IMG/VR virus record: IMGVR_UViG_3300020129_000193
Span: 1 to 33,299 of that record
Reading direction: 5' to 3' (one strand)
DNA: 33,299 nucleotides
Source: a virus
Taxonomy: Duplodnaviria; Caudoviricetes
Below, one piece after another: positions 24,862-32,918 of this stretch; within the stretch, counting starts at the first letter, position 1; each line of letters opens with the position of its first letter. Below the pieces are notes generated by a model, which ran no database searches, was not told where the DNA came from, and saw only the letters and a program-made list of their open reading frames with translations. The position numbers and the translations under genes are program-made.

Positions 24862-25571
24862 CAATACGTTGACCTCCCGGCGGTCCCGCCGGTCCCGCCG
24901 TGGGCCTGGGACGAGGGCAGGAGGCCGAAGACGCCCTTGATCTGCGGGGCGTACTGGTCGAGGAAGTTGGCGACGTGCAGGTTCGGGTCGTAGGGCACGG
25001 TGTTCTGGAAATCGCCCCTGGCGGTGTTGCTGAAACTCTGGAGGAACTTGTAGAAATCCCCGCCCGGCACGCCGCCGAACTGGTTCAGTACCTTGTCCCA
25101 GGCGTAATTCCAGTTGCCCGGGTCGTCGTAGTAAGTCTGGTTCAGGCCCTCGTTGGAGTTCGCCGCCCCGACCCCGGCGTTCGGGCCGATGTTGAACCAC
25201 TGGCGCTGGTAATTGTCGCCCTGGCCGGGGATCACGCCCGCCCCGAAAGAGATGCCGGGGGTGTAGGTGGGGTGCCCGCCGCCCGCCGGGTTGTTGGAGG
25301 GCGGCGGCGGCGGGGTCGGCCCGCCCGTGGCGGGGGCCGGTGCGCCGGGGCCGGAACCGCCCATGCCGCTGTCGAGGACGTAGATCATCGCGTTCGGGTT
25401 GTTGGGGTCGGGTGCCCAGTGGCCGGGCTGCTGCGCGCCGGTCCCCTGGCCTTTGTAGTTGCCCGCCGCCGAGGTGTCGGGCACCCAGATCGCCGTCCCG
25501 TCGCCGGGGTAGTACCAGTGCCCGTTCTGGCCGGGCACCTGCTGGCCGGTGTTGTATGGCTGCGTCGTCAT
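24861..25571 (-). CDS. G/P/N-rich putative ejection/internal virion protein
   Basis: Low-complexity N-terminal half and helical C-terminal half. GGAGG SD. Lies in the block after the portal. Confidence 0.65.
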   Translation of the reverse strand: MTTQPYNTGQQVPGQNGHWYYPGDGTAIWVPDTSAAGNYKGQGTGAQQPGHWAPDPNNPNAMIYVLDSGMGGSGPGAPAPATGGPTPPPPPSNNPAGGGHPTYTPGISFGAGVIPGQGDNYQRQWFNIGPNAGVGAANSNEGLNQTYYDDPGNWNYAWDKVLNQFGGVPGGDFYKFLQSFSNTARGDFQNTVPYDPNLHVANFLDQYAPQIKGVFGLLPSSQAHGGTGGTAGRSTY

Positions 25572-25577
25572 CGCGCG

Positions 25578-26849
25578 CTACCTCCCGGCCGCCGCCCCGC
25601 CGCCGATGATCTGCGCCAGGAGGTCGGACCCCGGCGTCTTGGCCGCGTTCTGCCTGAGCCAGTCGATGTAGTTCTGCGTCGGCCCGCCGAGTTGCGACTG
25701 CACGTAGTCGGAGAGGGTCTTCTTCGAGACGCCCTGCTGGAACTGCTGATAGATCGGGTTGGCCCCGGCGGTCAGCATCCCCAGGAGGTCGTTGACCATG
25801 CCGGCCTGATTGGAGGTGTCGGCCAGCGCGCCCGCCGGGGCGGAGAGGAGGCCCTGCGCGGCGGGCAGGAGGTTGCGCGCGAAGCCCTGAATCTGCCCGA
25901 AGGTGTTGGCGCCGCCGAGCATCCCGCCGAACTGGTCCGCGATCTGCGAGGGGATCACCGGCTTGCCGCCGTTCGCCAGGCCCGCGTATTCCATCACGGT
26001 CTTCAGGTACGGCGCGATGGAACTGACCAGGCCGGGCGTGAAGATGCCGCCCCGGTTCACGTCGATCCCGAACTTGCCGAGCAGTTGCGTCAGGACCGCC
26101 GAGAGCGCGGTCGGGTCGCCCGCCTGCGCCTGGGCGTACCCCTGCTGGGCGATGGCGCTCGTCGGGTCGACCGACCCGAATGCCCCGGTCGCCCCCGGCA
26201 CGGCCGGATTCGTCGTCGGACTCCCCGGTGTGGGGACGAATGGTGCGACCACGGGCGCTCCTCCTTGCTTGCTGGCGGTATCCACGGCGGCGGCCCCGGC
26301 GCGCGTGCCCTGCTGGATCGCGGCCGCGCTCGCCCCGCCCAGGCCAACCGAGCCGGGCGTCGTCTCGTTGCCCACCGTGCCGGGGCCTTGCTGACCGCCG
26401 GGCGGATTGAAAAACCCGCCGACCGGGGTCGCATTCGTCACCTGCCCGCCCTTCGGGGGCAGCAGACCAGCCGCACTATTCGAGTACGCCGCCCACATGG
26501 GGCCTTGCCCGACCGTACCACCCCCGCCGGGAGCGGGCGGCGGGACGGCGGGCTGATCGGGCCAAGTCTGATTACCCGCCGGCGGGACCGAGGGACCATA
26601 CTGCGCCGGGATAGCGGGGCCGTATGGCGTCGGGACCGGGGGGCCGTATTGCGGCGATGGCCCGCCGAGGGTCGTGGGCACCTGCCGCCCGACGATCTGC
26701 GACACCCGCGCCTGTACCGTGGGCGAGACAGGCGTCGTCCAGCCCGAGTTGATGTAGTCGAGGATCGACTGGTCGCCCGTCTGCTGCCAGAGCTGGGCCA
26801 GCAGTTTATTTAGTTGATCCCGTGCCGGCCCGGCTTGCGGCGCGACCAT
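25578..26849 (-). CDS. G/P/Q-rich putative ejection protein; possible second in-frame start at 26252
   Basis: AGGAGG SD. The C-terminal domain is paralogous to that of 26859-28316. Confidence 0.7.
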   Translation of the reverse strand: MVAPQAGPARDQLNKLLAQLWQQTGDQSILDYINSGWTTPVSPTVQARVSQIVGRQVPTTLGGPSPQYGPPVPTPYGPAIPAQYGPSVPPAGNQTWPDQPAVPPPAPGGGGTVGQGPMWAAYSNSAAGLLPPKGGQVTNATPVGGFFNPPGGQQGPGTVGNETTPGSVGLGGASAAAIQQGTRAGAAAVDTASKQGGAPVVAPFVPTPGSPTTNPAVPGATGAFGSVDPTSAIAQQGYAQAQAGDPTALSAVLTQLLGKFGIDVNRGGIFTPGLVSSIAPYLKTVMEYAGLANGGKPVIPSQIADQFGGMLGGANTFGQIQGFARNLLPAAQGLLSAPAGALADTSNQAGMVNDLLGMLTAGANPIYQQFQQGVSKKTLSDYVQSQLGGPTQNYIDWLRQNAAKTPGSDLLAQIIGGGAAAGR

Positions 26850-26858
26850 GACGACCTC

Positions 26859-28316
26859 CTAATAGCCCTGGAGTAGCGAGGCCCACGGCGTACTCGCGAG
26901 CCACTGGAGCGGGTGCTGATAGCCCGGCGCGCCGGTCTGCGGGTGGTCGAGCGCGTACTGCCCGTAGGCCCCGCCCGGCCCGAGCGCCTGGTTGAAGTAG
27001 CCGAGGCGGGACTGGTTGTAGATCGGGTTCGCGCCCGCGTAGGCTTCCGAGAGGATCGTCTGCAAGGTGTCGATCGTCTGCGGGTCGGTCAGGCCACCCG
27101 TGAGTGTCTGGAGCCGGGGGTCGGCCAGGATGCCGCGCGCCTTCGCCTGCTGTCCCGCGAACCCGCCCCCGCTCGCCAGGGAACGTGCCAGGGTATCGAG
27201 ATTCGACTGCGCCGTGTCGATGCTGTTCGTGTCCCCGAAGAGGCCGTTGAGCTGGTTCGACGCCTCGATCTGCGGCGACAGGGCGCGGGCGATCGAAGAG
27301 GTGTACAGCCCGCCGCGCGTCGGGTCGATGCCGTACTGCCGCATGATATAGGACAACCGCGCGTCCTGGTTCTGCGGGTCGGCCAGGGCGATGTTCTTCG
27401 CCAGTTGCGTCGCGTCGAGACTGCCGGTGTAGGTCTTTGTCTCGCCCGTCACCGGGTCTTTGTAGGTCGTCGGAGCGGGAGCGCCGGGAGCGGGAGCGCC
27501 GGGAGCGGGAGCGCCAGGGGCGGGAGCGCCAGGCTGGCCGCTCCCGGCCGCGAGATGCTGATCGTAGCCTGCAAAGGCACTGTTCGCCCAGGCCGCCGCG
27601 CCCAGTCCCGGCGTGTTGTTGTAGTCGCGATGCAGACGCGCGATATTGTTGAGGTAGGCCGCCTGCACCGCCGCCGGGTCGCGGTTGCCTTTCAGGTCGT
27701 CCAGGGTCATGCGCCATACGCGGTCGCGGTCGAGTTCGGCCGTGCCGTTCGGTCCCCAGTTCTTCGCCGTGTCCTTGGACGGGTTGTACACCCCGTCGCC
27801 GCCCTGGTAGCCGCGCCCGCCGTCATACGTCCCCCAGGGGTTGAGGTTTGGCGGGGCGGTGTAGGTGTAGCCGAAAGGCGAGGACGTGGCGGCGGGCGTG
27901 GGCGTCGGGGTGCCCTGCCCCTGGTTCGTGACCGTCTTGCCACCGGCCTGCTGCTGGTCATACGACCCGCCCGCCCCGGAGAACCAATCCCCCCACGCTT
28001 TCTGGAAGGTCGGGTCGCCCGAGGTCCAGTTCTGGTTCCACTGGAAGCCCTGCCCGCTGTAGGGCGTCGAGCCGGTCTGCGTGGCCCACGCCTGGATCGC
28101 CGGGGCGTAGTTGCCCGCCTGTACATCGGACGGCGCGAACACGTCCTGCCCCTGATTGCCCAGGATACCGACGCCCTGGAGGTACTTGCGCGCATTGAGG
28201 TCGCCCCGCTGGGCGCGCAGATAGAGCGCGCTGAGCGTGCCGGGGTCGTAGACGCCGCCGGGCTTCGAGGCGAAGGGGTCGCGGGGGTTGAAGCCGCCGG
28301 GCAGGTTCGCGCTCAT
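26859..28316 (-). CDS. G/Q/A-rich putative ejection protein
   Basis: GAGGT SD. Composition and position after the portal fit. Confidence 0.7.
   Translation of the reverse strand: MSANLPGGFNPRDPFASKPGGVYDPGTLSALYLRAQRGDLNARKYLQGVGILGNQGQDVFAPSDVQAGNYAPAIQAWATQTGSTPYSGQGFQWNQNWTSGDPTFQKAWGDWFSGAGGSYDQQQAGGKTVTNQGQGTPTPTPAATSSPFGYTYTAPPNLNPWGTYDGGRGYQGGDGVYNPSKDTAKNWGPNGTAELDRDRVWRMTLDDLKGNRDPAAVQAAYLNNIARLHRDYNNTPGLGAAAWANSAFAGYDQHLAAGSGQPGAPAPGAPAPGAPAPGAPAPTTYKDPVTGETKTYTGSLDATQLAKNIALADPQNQDARLSYIMRQYGIDPTRGGLYTSSIARALSPQIEASNQLNGLFGDTNSIDTAQSNLDTLARSLASGGGFAGQQAKARGILADPRLQTLTGGLTDPQTIDTLQTILSEAYAGANPIYNQSRLGYFNQALGPGGAYGQYALDHPQTGAPGYQHPLQWLASTPWASLLQGY
27472..27533. repeat. 15-bp tandem repeat x4 encoding a (PGAPA)4 linker
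   Basis: ggagcgggagcgccg units are directly visible. Confidence 0.9.
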
Positions 28317-28347
28317 GGTCGCACCTCAGACACTAGTGTACCCCAGA

Positions 28348-30921
28348 TCAACCGCCCGGAACCCTGCCGCCCGTCATCTCGGCGGGGGGTTGCCCTTGCG
28401 GCCCGCCGGTCACGGGACCGGGCGGCGAAGGGACGCCCCCCTGCGGGGCTGGCGGACCCTGACTCTGCGCCATGAGGACCTGTTGCCAGCCGATTTGCAG
28501 GAGCGCATTCCCGCCGCCCATGATCGCCGCCCCGGTCATCGCCTCCAGGCTCTTGGGATTCGTGACCGCGAGTTCCTGGAGGATACGGAGGAAATTGCGC
28601 TGGGGATTCGGGATATTCATCTTCTTCATGCCCTCGCGGGCCGAGAGCATCTTGGTCTGGACCGCCTGCTCGACCATCGACCAGAGGGTCTGCTGCTCCT
28701 GCAGCGAGAGGCGGTTCATGGTGACGATGTTCTGCGTGCCGTTGAGTTTGACCATCTCGGGCGTCAGGGACTTGAAGGTCGGGTAGATCGCGTCGAACTG
28801 GTCCTCGACGGGGCGCGAGGGGTAGGGCAGTTTCGCCAGTTCGCCCTCGCCGCCCTTGCGGATCACCAGTTCCGCCTTGCAGGTATAGATCAGTTCGCGG
28901 TAGCGTTCCAGCGCGTCGATGATCGGGTTGACCTGGACCGAGGCCGCCGCGCCCGCCTGGAGCGTCTGCTGGAAGCCGGAGTTGGCCGTGCCGCCGCCCT
29001 TGAGGAGCGGCGAGTCCATGTCGGAAATCTCCTGCCAGATCGACTGCAGGATGGCGTTCCCGTCCGGGGAACCGGCCACGCTCCAGACCAGCGGCTCGAC
29101 CTTCTCCCCGACGATACCGAAATTCGTCGCCCCCGGCAGAGTACTAACACGTTTCATGTCCTCCTTACGCGTGCCGGGGACGTAGTACATCATCACGGCG
29201 GGATCGACCAGTTTCACCGCCTGAGTAGCGATGGCCGACTGGAGGAGGTCGAACAATTTGAACGCGCGCCGGAGGGGTGTGAGACAGCCCATGCCCCGGA
29301 ACCGTTCGTAATCCCCGACATCTTGCGTGGCGTAGTAGGGCGCACCGCCCCAGATGACGTACTGGTAGACCGGGAAACCGAAGTCGATCCGGGTCGGTTC
29401 CTTGATCCACTTCGCACGGTTCTTCTCGCTGGCATCGCCCCACTCCCCGCCCGACTCCCAGAAGATCGCGTGCCAGAGTCCGCCCTGGCCTTTCGGGTAG
29501 ACATCGGTCCAGCCCCCGAGGGTGATCGTCATGTTCGGGGAGGGCGCGGTGTCGGCCTCTTCCTCGCCGTAGTAGTCCTGCATCTCCTGGGGGTAGACCG
29601 TCCGCGCCTCGGCCAGGGTCATCGTCTCGCTGTAGAGGATCGCCACGCCCGGCAGGGGATAGAGCCGGTTCAGCGGGACGTAGGCCGACCAGACCGGGTG
29701 CTGCTTGTCGGCCGGGTCGAAACCGATACGGAAACCCGCGCCGCCGAGGAGGGCCATGCCGCCCGCCTCGATGCGGGGCAGGGGCATGCGGGGGTCGCCA
29801 CTCGCGGCCTCGCGAATCCACTGCCGCTCGTCCTGGTCGCGCCCGTAGCGGAGCCAGTCTTCTAATGCCTGGCTGGCATTCACCGTGTCGTCGTCGTCGG
29901 CCCAGGGCGGGCAATCGACCTCCATCGCCCGGTCGCCCGAGGCGGTGCAGTAGGCCGTGACCCGTTCCGCGAAGGCGAAGGGGCGGGAAGAGATGTGGAC
30001 GATGTCGCCGCCCGCCGCGTTGAAGGGCCGGCCCGGGCGCGGCCCCATCGGGATGTCCTCGGCGCGCGTGCGCGACTGGTTGTAGAGCTGGATGTCCTCG
30101 CGGATGCGCGTGTCGCGGTCCTGCATCAGGGTCTTCGCCTGGCGCAGGTGCCGCGAGCAGGTGGCGTAACTCGGCCCCTTGTCGCCCCAGCGGTTTGCCG
30201 GCAGGGGGCGGAGGTCGAACGCGGGCGTCGTCTTGCTGCGCTTCTTCTTCGGTTTCTGCGCGCCGCCGTAGTCGGGGCCGTCCTGCTTCCGCTGGGTGGC
30301 GGGGGAAGGTGTGCCCGGCCCGGTCTGCTGACGGGCGGCGAGGAGTTGCGACAAGAGGCCCTCGACCGCGCCGATCCCGCGCTGGGCGAAGAGTTGGAGC
30401 ACCTGCGCCTGCTGGTCGGGATTGAGCGCGCGGAAGACGCGCGTGAGCGCGGGTTGCAGTTCCGCCAGCAAGTGTTCCCTGGCCTGCGGGTCTTGCGGCG
30501 GCGGCGGGGGCTGGGGTGCCGGCGGCGGACCCTGCTGCGGCGGGGCCATCGCGCCGGGCGGGGGTGGGCCGTCGTTGCGGGGCGGGGGTGGACCAGGAGG
30601 CGGCGGAGGCGGAGCGGGAGGCCCGCCCTGCGTCTGGCCGACGCCGTTCTGCGCCGCCTGCTGGAGGAGTTGGACGAGCGCCTGCGGTCCCTGGTCCAGG
30701 AGCAGCCCGCCGAGTTTGCGGGGCATGTCGGGGGCGGACTGGAGGATGGCGGCGAGGGCGCGCAGGAGCGGCGCGCCCGGCGGCCCGGCCTGCTGCAACG
30801 CCTGGACGAACTGCTGGAGCGCCTGGGCGACCTGCGGGGCGAGGCCGGGGGCCTGCCCGGCCGGACCCTGCGGGCCGCCGGGCGGTGCTTGCGGCGGACC
30901 CTGGGTTACGGGCGCAACCAT
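28348..30921 (-). CDS. Portal protein (857 aa) with a long P/Q-rich N-terminal extension
   Basis: First large gene after TerL. Portal-like C-terminal MLSAREGMKKMNIPNPQRNFLRILQE. ATG 30921 with a GAGGT SD. Confidence 0.75.
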   Translation of the reverse strand: MVAPVTQGPPQAPPGGPQGPAGQAPGLAPQVAQALQQFVQALQQAGPPGAPLLRALAAILQSAPDMPRKLGGLLLDQGPQALVQLLQQAAQNGVGQTQGGPPAPPPPPPGPPPPRNDGPPPPGAMAPPQQGPPPAPQPPPPPQDPQAREHLLAELQPALTRVFRALNPDQQAQVLQLFAQRGIGAVEGLLSQLLAARQQTGPGTPSPATQRKQDGPDYGGAQKPKKKRSKTTPAFDLRPLPANRWGDKGPSYATCSRHLRQAKTLMQDRDTRIREDIQLYNQSRTRAEDIPMGPRPGRPFNAAGGDIVHISSRPFAFAERVTAYCTASGDRAMEVDCPPWADDDDTVNASQALEDWLRYGRDQDERQWIREAASGDPRMPLPRIEAGGMALLGGAGFRIGFDPADKQHPVWSAYVPLNRLYPLPGVAILYSETMTLAEARTVYPQEMQDYYGEEEADTAPSPNMTITLGGWTDVYPKGQGGLWHAIFWESGGEWGDASEKNRAKWIKEPTRIDFGFPVYQYVIWGGAPYYATQDVGDYERFRGMGCLTPLRRAFKLFDLLQSAIATQAVKLVDPAVMMYYVPGTRKEDMKRVSTLPGATNFGIVGEKVEPLVWSVAGSPDGNAILQSIWQEISDMDSPLLKGGGTANSGFQQTLQAGAAASVQVNPIIDALERYRELIYTCKAELVIRKGGEGELAKLPYPSRPVEDQFDAIYPTFKSLTPEMVKLNGTQNIVTMNRLSLQEQQTLWSMVEQAVQTKMLSAREGMKKMNIPNPQRNFLRILQELAVTNPKSLEAMTGAAIMGGGNALLQIGWQQVLMAQSQGPPAPQGGVPSPPGPVTGGPQGQPPAEMTGGRVPGG

Positions 30922-31112
30922 GCTTCTACCTCGGTGCGAACGTGGTCGTCCACGAGGATTACCAACCAGGGCGGCGAGCCGATCTTGACCTCCGTGGGCC
31001 ATTTTCCGGTCAGGCGGACGGACGTGGCGACGGACGACAGGACATCCCGGCGGATACTCTCGAACTCACCGAACGTCAACTCCGGCGGACCCTGCGTGAC
31101 CGGCGCGACCAT
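30906..31112 (-). CDS. 68-aa hypothetical protein sharing its first 10 residues with the portal
   Basis: Begins MVAPVTQGPP. GAGGT SD. Confidence 0.6.
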   Translation of the reverse strand: MVAPVTQGPPELTFGEFESIRRDVLSSVATSVRLTGKWPTEVKIGSPPWLVILVDDHVRTEVEAWLRP

Positions 31113-31115
31113 ACC

Positions 31116-31391
31116 CTACCTCAACGCGAGAATGCGATCGGCCTCCTGGCGGTCGTTGTCCTTCTGCCCCTCGGGGAGGTCGGCATACGGCGTGTCGATC
31201 AAAGACCTGAGCGACAGCACGTACCCCACCGGAACAAGCATCCCCTCGGGGGTCTGCGTGCATTTATCGAAGAAGTAACGCATCCACCCCGACCATTGTT
31301 CGTGGCAGAGCGCGGCCAGTTGCTCGCGGTAGTCGTCGCGGAGTTCCGGCATCGCCACGACAGCGGAGAGCGGCACGGTACGCTTCAACAT
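31116..31391 (-). CDS. RyR-repeat-like small phage protein
   Basis: EQLAALCHEQWSGWM...PYADLPEGQKDNDR matches the LA..H..W ... PY..L.E..K..DR pattern. Confidence 0.68.
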   Translation of the reverse strand: MLKRTVPLSAVVAMPELRDDYREQLAALCHEQWSGWMRYFFDKCTQTPEGMLVPVGYVLSLRSLIDTPYADLPEGQKDNDRQEADRILALR

Positions 31392-31394
31392 CGC

Positions 31395-32825
31395 TTACCC
31401 CTGATACATCCGCATGTAGCCCGGCACCTCGCCGGGGTCCGGGTCTTTGCGCGCGAAGGACGCGCCGGCCGTCGTCGGGCGCTTGTCGCGCACCCAGTAT
31501 TCCAGCGCGTTCAGCGCGTGGTTGTGCTTGTCCTCCGGCTGTTCGGGGGCGAGCGCGCCGTCCGCGCGCTTCGCCTCCGACACCGGCTTGTAGGAGTATA
31601 GCCCAAACTCGGTGACGAGCGGCGCGGCGTAGTTCTCGTCCACGAGGAGACGGGCGAACCCGGTCGCGGGGTCTTGCCTGAGGAGCGCCTTCACGCCGAG
31701 GACCTGGCCCCGGATGTCCTTCCTGGCCGCCATGCCGTAGACCGGGTAGCCGTGCCGCTGGAAGCGGTCGATCGACTGGCGGGCGGCGGGGTCGCAGATC
31801 GAGTGCGTGAGCTGGTCGTGATAGGGCCGGGAACGCAACCAGTCGATCGCCTCCTCGTCGGAGTTGCCGCTGCGGGTGTTGTAGTAGCAGTCGATCACGC
31901 AGACGTAGGGGCCGACCTCCTGGATCGCGAGGATGGCGTAGGGGGCCGCGCCGCCCGAGGGGTCGATGGCGAGGGAGACGGGCAGGCCCGGCCGCCAGAG
32001 GCGCGCGGCGCTGTGGTCGGGGGCCTTCCAGCGGTGGTACTCGCGGAAGGGATAGACCAGGCCCTCGGCCATCTCGTCCCAGATGCCGAGGACCATGCGG
32101 TTGTACATCAGCGGGTCATTGGCGTACTGCGCCTGGAGTTCGGGCCAGTAGTCGGGCGGCAGGTGGGGGTTGTCCTTGGCGAGGAAGGGGAAGTAGCCGT
32201 ACCGGGGATTGGGCCAGGTGCCCTCTCGTTGCTGCCGCTGCTGGGCGCGGGTCAGGGGGAAGAGGTCCATCAGCCAGCAGGGGTTCGGGTTGGCGAGCGC
32301 GATGCCGTGGTAGGGGGGAAACGTCCCGTCGGGAAGCCTGAGCCGCAGACAGTCCGCGAGGTTCTGCCAGGACTTCTTCGGGATTTCGTGCGCCTCATCC
32401 ACCACGTAGAAGCCGAGGTTCTGGCCCAGCTGGGAGTCGGGGTCTTTCAGTTCGCCGTAGTAGAGGCGGGAGGGATAGCGGGGGTCGGTGGTCGCCACGT
32501 CGATCCACATCTGGGTCTGGTGGTGCTGGAGGATCAGCCCCCGGTCCTGGGAGAAAAATTCTTTCAGGGTGGTGCGGCGCAAATCTTCGAGGTCGCTGCG
32601 GCCGATGAAGCCGACGTTGCCGGGATAGGCAACCAGCAAATCCCACGCCTCGCCCGCGCCGTAACTGGTCTTGCACCCGCCCTTGCCGCCCCCGCCGCAC
32701 TTGTAGCGGTGCTTCGCGCGGTGCATCAGGGCCTGCTTGGGGGACGGGCGGTAGCCCAGTTCGATCTCGCTGGGCAGGGTATTCCCGGCGGTGCCGTGGG
32801 TGGGATTGAACGTGACTGACGCCAT
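31395..32825 (-). CDS. terL: Terminase large subunit
   Basis: PSPKQ adenine-binding motif, GGGKGGCKT Walker A, YVVDEA Walker B, ANP coupling motif, DNPHLP..Y, LAIDP RNase H-like nuclease, EDKHNHALNA. Confidence 0.93.
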   Translation of the reverse strand: MASVTFNPTHGTAGNTLPSEIELGYRPSPKQALMHRAKHRYKCGGGGKGGCKTSYGAGEAWDLLVAYPGNVGFIGRSDLEDLRRTTLKEFFSQDRGLILQHHQTQMWIDVATTDPRYPSRLYYGELKDPDSQLGQNLGFYVVDEAHEIPKKSWQNLADCLRLRLPDGTFPPYHGIALANPNPCWLMDLFPLTRAQQRQQREGTWPNPRYGYFPFLAKDNPHLPPDYWPELQAQYANDPLMYNRMVLGIWDEMAEGLVYPFREYHRWKAPDHSAARLWRPGLPVSLAIDPSGGAAPYAILAIQEVGPYVCVIDCYYNTRSGNSDEEAIDWLRSRPYHDQLTHSICDPAARQSIDRFQRHGYPVYGMAARKDIRGQVLGVKALLRQDPATGFARLLVDENYAAPLVTEFGLYSYKPVSEAKRADGALAPEQPEDKHNHALNALEYWVRDKRPTTAGASFARKDPDPGEVPGYMRMYQG

Positions 32826-32841
32826 GCCTACCTCTGCGGGT

Positions 32842-32892
32842 AGGATAGGCGCGAAATGACCTCCCGGTCAAGAGGGGTGGGACCGGGAGGTC
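32842..32892 (-). promoter_or_regulatory. sigma70-type promoter for terL, overlapped by a 12-bp inverted repeat
   Basis: TTGACC (32871-32866), 18-nt spacer, TATCCT (32847-32842). Inverted repeat gacctcccggtc-N11-gaccgggaggtc at 32858-32892. Confidence 0.62.
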
Positions 32893-32918
32893 GAGAGGAG
32901 GAGGAAGATATACGGAGT

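Noticed and set aside
21910-27533. Repeats as a possible CRISPR array or DGR template/variable pair
   Set aside because: All are in-frame coding repeats without unique spacers. No cas or reverse transcriptase gene is present, and mismatches are not adenine-specific.
28331-28345. Second TACACT (-10-like) within the palindrome acactagtgt before the first ejection gene
   Set aside because: No -35 match or TG extension at the right spacing, so it is insufficient to call a promoter.
5960-32819. Many long plus-strand ORFs (e.g. 5960-8107, 11845-14199, 16474-18594, 24900-26813, 31674-32819)
   Set aside because: These are antisense shadows of real minus-strand genes, expected in high-GC DNA. They are R/G/V-rich with no motifs.
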